NCBI GenBank assembly: GCA_051294905.1
Contig: CM119384.1
Coordinates: forward strand, 11,284,001 to 11,348,000
Direction: 5' to 3'
Length of the DNA stretch: 64,000 nucleotides
DNA from: Botryllus schlosseri
Lineage: Eukaryota
In this document: piece after piece, positions 52,285-64,000 of the stretch
Layout: each line of letters begins with the position of its first letter
Numbering within the stretch: the stretch's first letter is position 1
Notes under the pieces: generated by a model
Seen by the model: only the letters and a program-made list of their open reading frames with translations
The model's database searches: none
Told to the model about the DNA's origin: nothing
Position numbers and translations under genes: made by a program

Positions 52285-53274
52285 CAGGGGTCACCAACAC
52301 GCGGCCCGCCAAGTCTTATTCTGCGGCCCGCGACCTGATTTGGGATTTCGGAAGAAAGCTAAGAAATCCAATTTGAAATGCTTAAATTGACTACAGTTTC
52401 AACATGTTGTTGTTGTTGTTGTTGTTTCAAAATAAGCTATTCTCTTGTGCCCAATATCACTATTCGTCACAATAGCTAAAACGGCTGTGGTGATGGCAAC
52501 AACATTCCATCGAGGTGGAATCAGCTGATATGAATGGGCATATTGTCTTGACCTGCAATGGCCCAAACACTGCCAAGACCGAGACGCTAAGAAAACGGCT
52601 TAAGGCAGTGGTTCCCAAACTGGGGAGCGCGCGCCCCTTGTGTGGGCGCGAAAGCATCTGATGGGGAGGCGGGGATGCGCTCAACTGCAAACTTTTTCGC
52701 GCCCGGCGCGATTTACCTATTTCATAGTTAATGCTCTGTGTATACTCCGGAATTCATCTTATAGAATTCTCTTATCAACAGTCATAACGTTCCATGCCAT
52801 CAAACTAGCCGTTGGGATTGCTAGTATTCTGGTTGCATTCCGTGATATGACGATTTTTCAGTATCATAAAGAGGCGCGTGTCTAAAAAAATTTGAGAACC
52901 ACTGGCTTTAGGGCTTCCCCACAAGATCAAGCTTTACGTCGAGATGGTCTTTCAGCTAGTCGCGTATCTCGCAAGCCCCAAGATCGATTCTTTAGTCGCT
53001 GGAAATCGTTTCCAGGTATCGTGCACAGCTCACAGTTCAAAATAAAATAATATTGATGATAATGATTTTTTGTCGTATTTGTATTCCTTTATTAAAATAT
53101 TATTTCTTCTGTGGTCAATATACCCATCGCCTATGTTGGGTAGCTCACCGTTGTACTGACGTAGGGTTTTAGAACGTTGTTGCCTATTTTTCATCGATAT
53201 CGAATTCATGCGGCCCGCGGCCTCTACGAAATTTGAAAAGTGGCCCGCGACCCGTTTTGAGTACGCGACCCCTG
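52285..53274. mobile_element. hAT-type MITE (~990 bp) with nested MITE 52606-52904
   Basis: CAGGGGTC...GACCCCTG; TSD GTCCATAA/GTCTATAA; the nested element CAGTGGTTCCCAAA...TTTGAGAACCACTG has TSD GCTTAAGG/GCTTTAGG. Confidence 0.8.
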
Positions 53275-53298
53275 GTCTATAATAATATGATTGCATGC

Positions 53299-53660
53299 TA
53301 GTGAGTTAGTGTAATGGTGATGCGTCCTGCTTCTTGATCGGTAGGTCGTGTGTTGGATCCCCGGCCGGGTCAGACCAAAGACTTGAAAACTGGTATCCGT
53401 AGCTACCTTGCTAGGCGCTCGGCATCCACGGGTAGCATGGAGGAGAAAAAAAGGGGGTGCAGTGCAGACTAGGTGACCTTACGGTCGTACCGCATATATC
53501 CGTCGTCGGAGCATCTCGATGTTGTAGGCGAAAAAAATATCATCATGTTATGTATTTTGGTTGGATGAAAATAAAGACTCTCTTTCATATATCATCAATA
53601 TCATCATGTTATATATTTTGGTAGGATGGAAATAAAGACTCTCTCTCTCTCTCTCTCTCT
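53299..53660 (+). mobile_element. tRNA-derived SINE sharing head and central domain with 33076-33416 but with a different tail
   Basis: TTAGTGTAATGG...CTTCTTGATCGGTAGGTCGTG...GGCCGGGTCAGACCAAAGAC...TAGCATGGAGG, then an unrelated 3' part ending in a ~60-bp tandem duplication and (TC)n. Confidence 0.72.
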
Positions 53661-54085
53661 AATACCTCTCTTATAGCACTATAGAGATTGTACAATCTCT
53701 ATAATACCACCATAGCACTATCCATCAAGCATGGCTTATATTCGAGAAAAGGTCCTCGATTATATTACGATATATATTGAAAAATGTGTAGTAAAGGGAT
53801 CTAATCATTTCTACCTATAAATAACAACAGTCTTATTGAAGGTGTGGGGTAATAATGGTTGGCGTCGAGAAGTAACATATTTGCAGCCTTCATTCATGCG
53901 TAGCTGCTATCGCTATGGTAACGATGAGCCAGCTGAACTGGTGCAAAACAAGTTACAGAGTACAGGGGACAAACGTGTGCCGTATGATGAATATGTACGG
54001 ATGAAACTGTCTCGAACTCGAAGTTCGTTGCTTAGATAAGAGAAATTTCCCTACCGCATAGTGTGAGTTAGATTGGAGACTGTTT

Positions 54086-63916
<9,831 letters not shown>

Positions 63917-64000
63917 AGTGGAAAGAAGTTTCTTCGTCGCGCACTGTATTATACACTGAATTACTTTTGTGGGCTTTAATGTCAATATTTTATACTTGTG

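Overview
Eukaryotic, AT-rich, intron-rich genomic DNA from an invertebrate animal. The ~60-bp minimal introns, vertebrate-like gene set and dense MITEs would fit a tunicate or another invertebrate deuterostome (inference only). Three spliced host genes were reconstructed by hand with phase-consistent GT-AG junctions: the first three coding exons of an SLCO4-family organic anion transporter (minus strand, 1225-4203, continuing off the left edge), a complete 10-exon CaMKI-like kinase (plus, 20768-35957, 332 aa) and a complete 7-exon LRP2BP/SEL1-repeat gene (plus, 54086-63916, 337 aa). Introns and intergenic DNA are packed with nested non-autonomous hAT-like elements (many with readable 8-bp TSDs), tRNA-derived SINEs and CR1/L2-type LINE 3' ends. 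Two observations stand out. (1) A 7,480-bp foldback-type element (12297-19776) has an exact 8-bp TSD, near-identical ~250-bp outer TIRs and inverted arrays of 187-193-bp units. Its cargo has no recognisable transposase but includes a frameshifted gene fusing a Ulp1/SENP-type Cys motif to a USP (C19) deubiquitinase domain, plus an inverted partial second copy. (2) Two minimal type I hammerhead ribozyme motifs with a predicted loop II pseudoknot lie in sense orientation inside CaMKI introns. All calls come from manual reading; no database searches were run.
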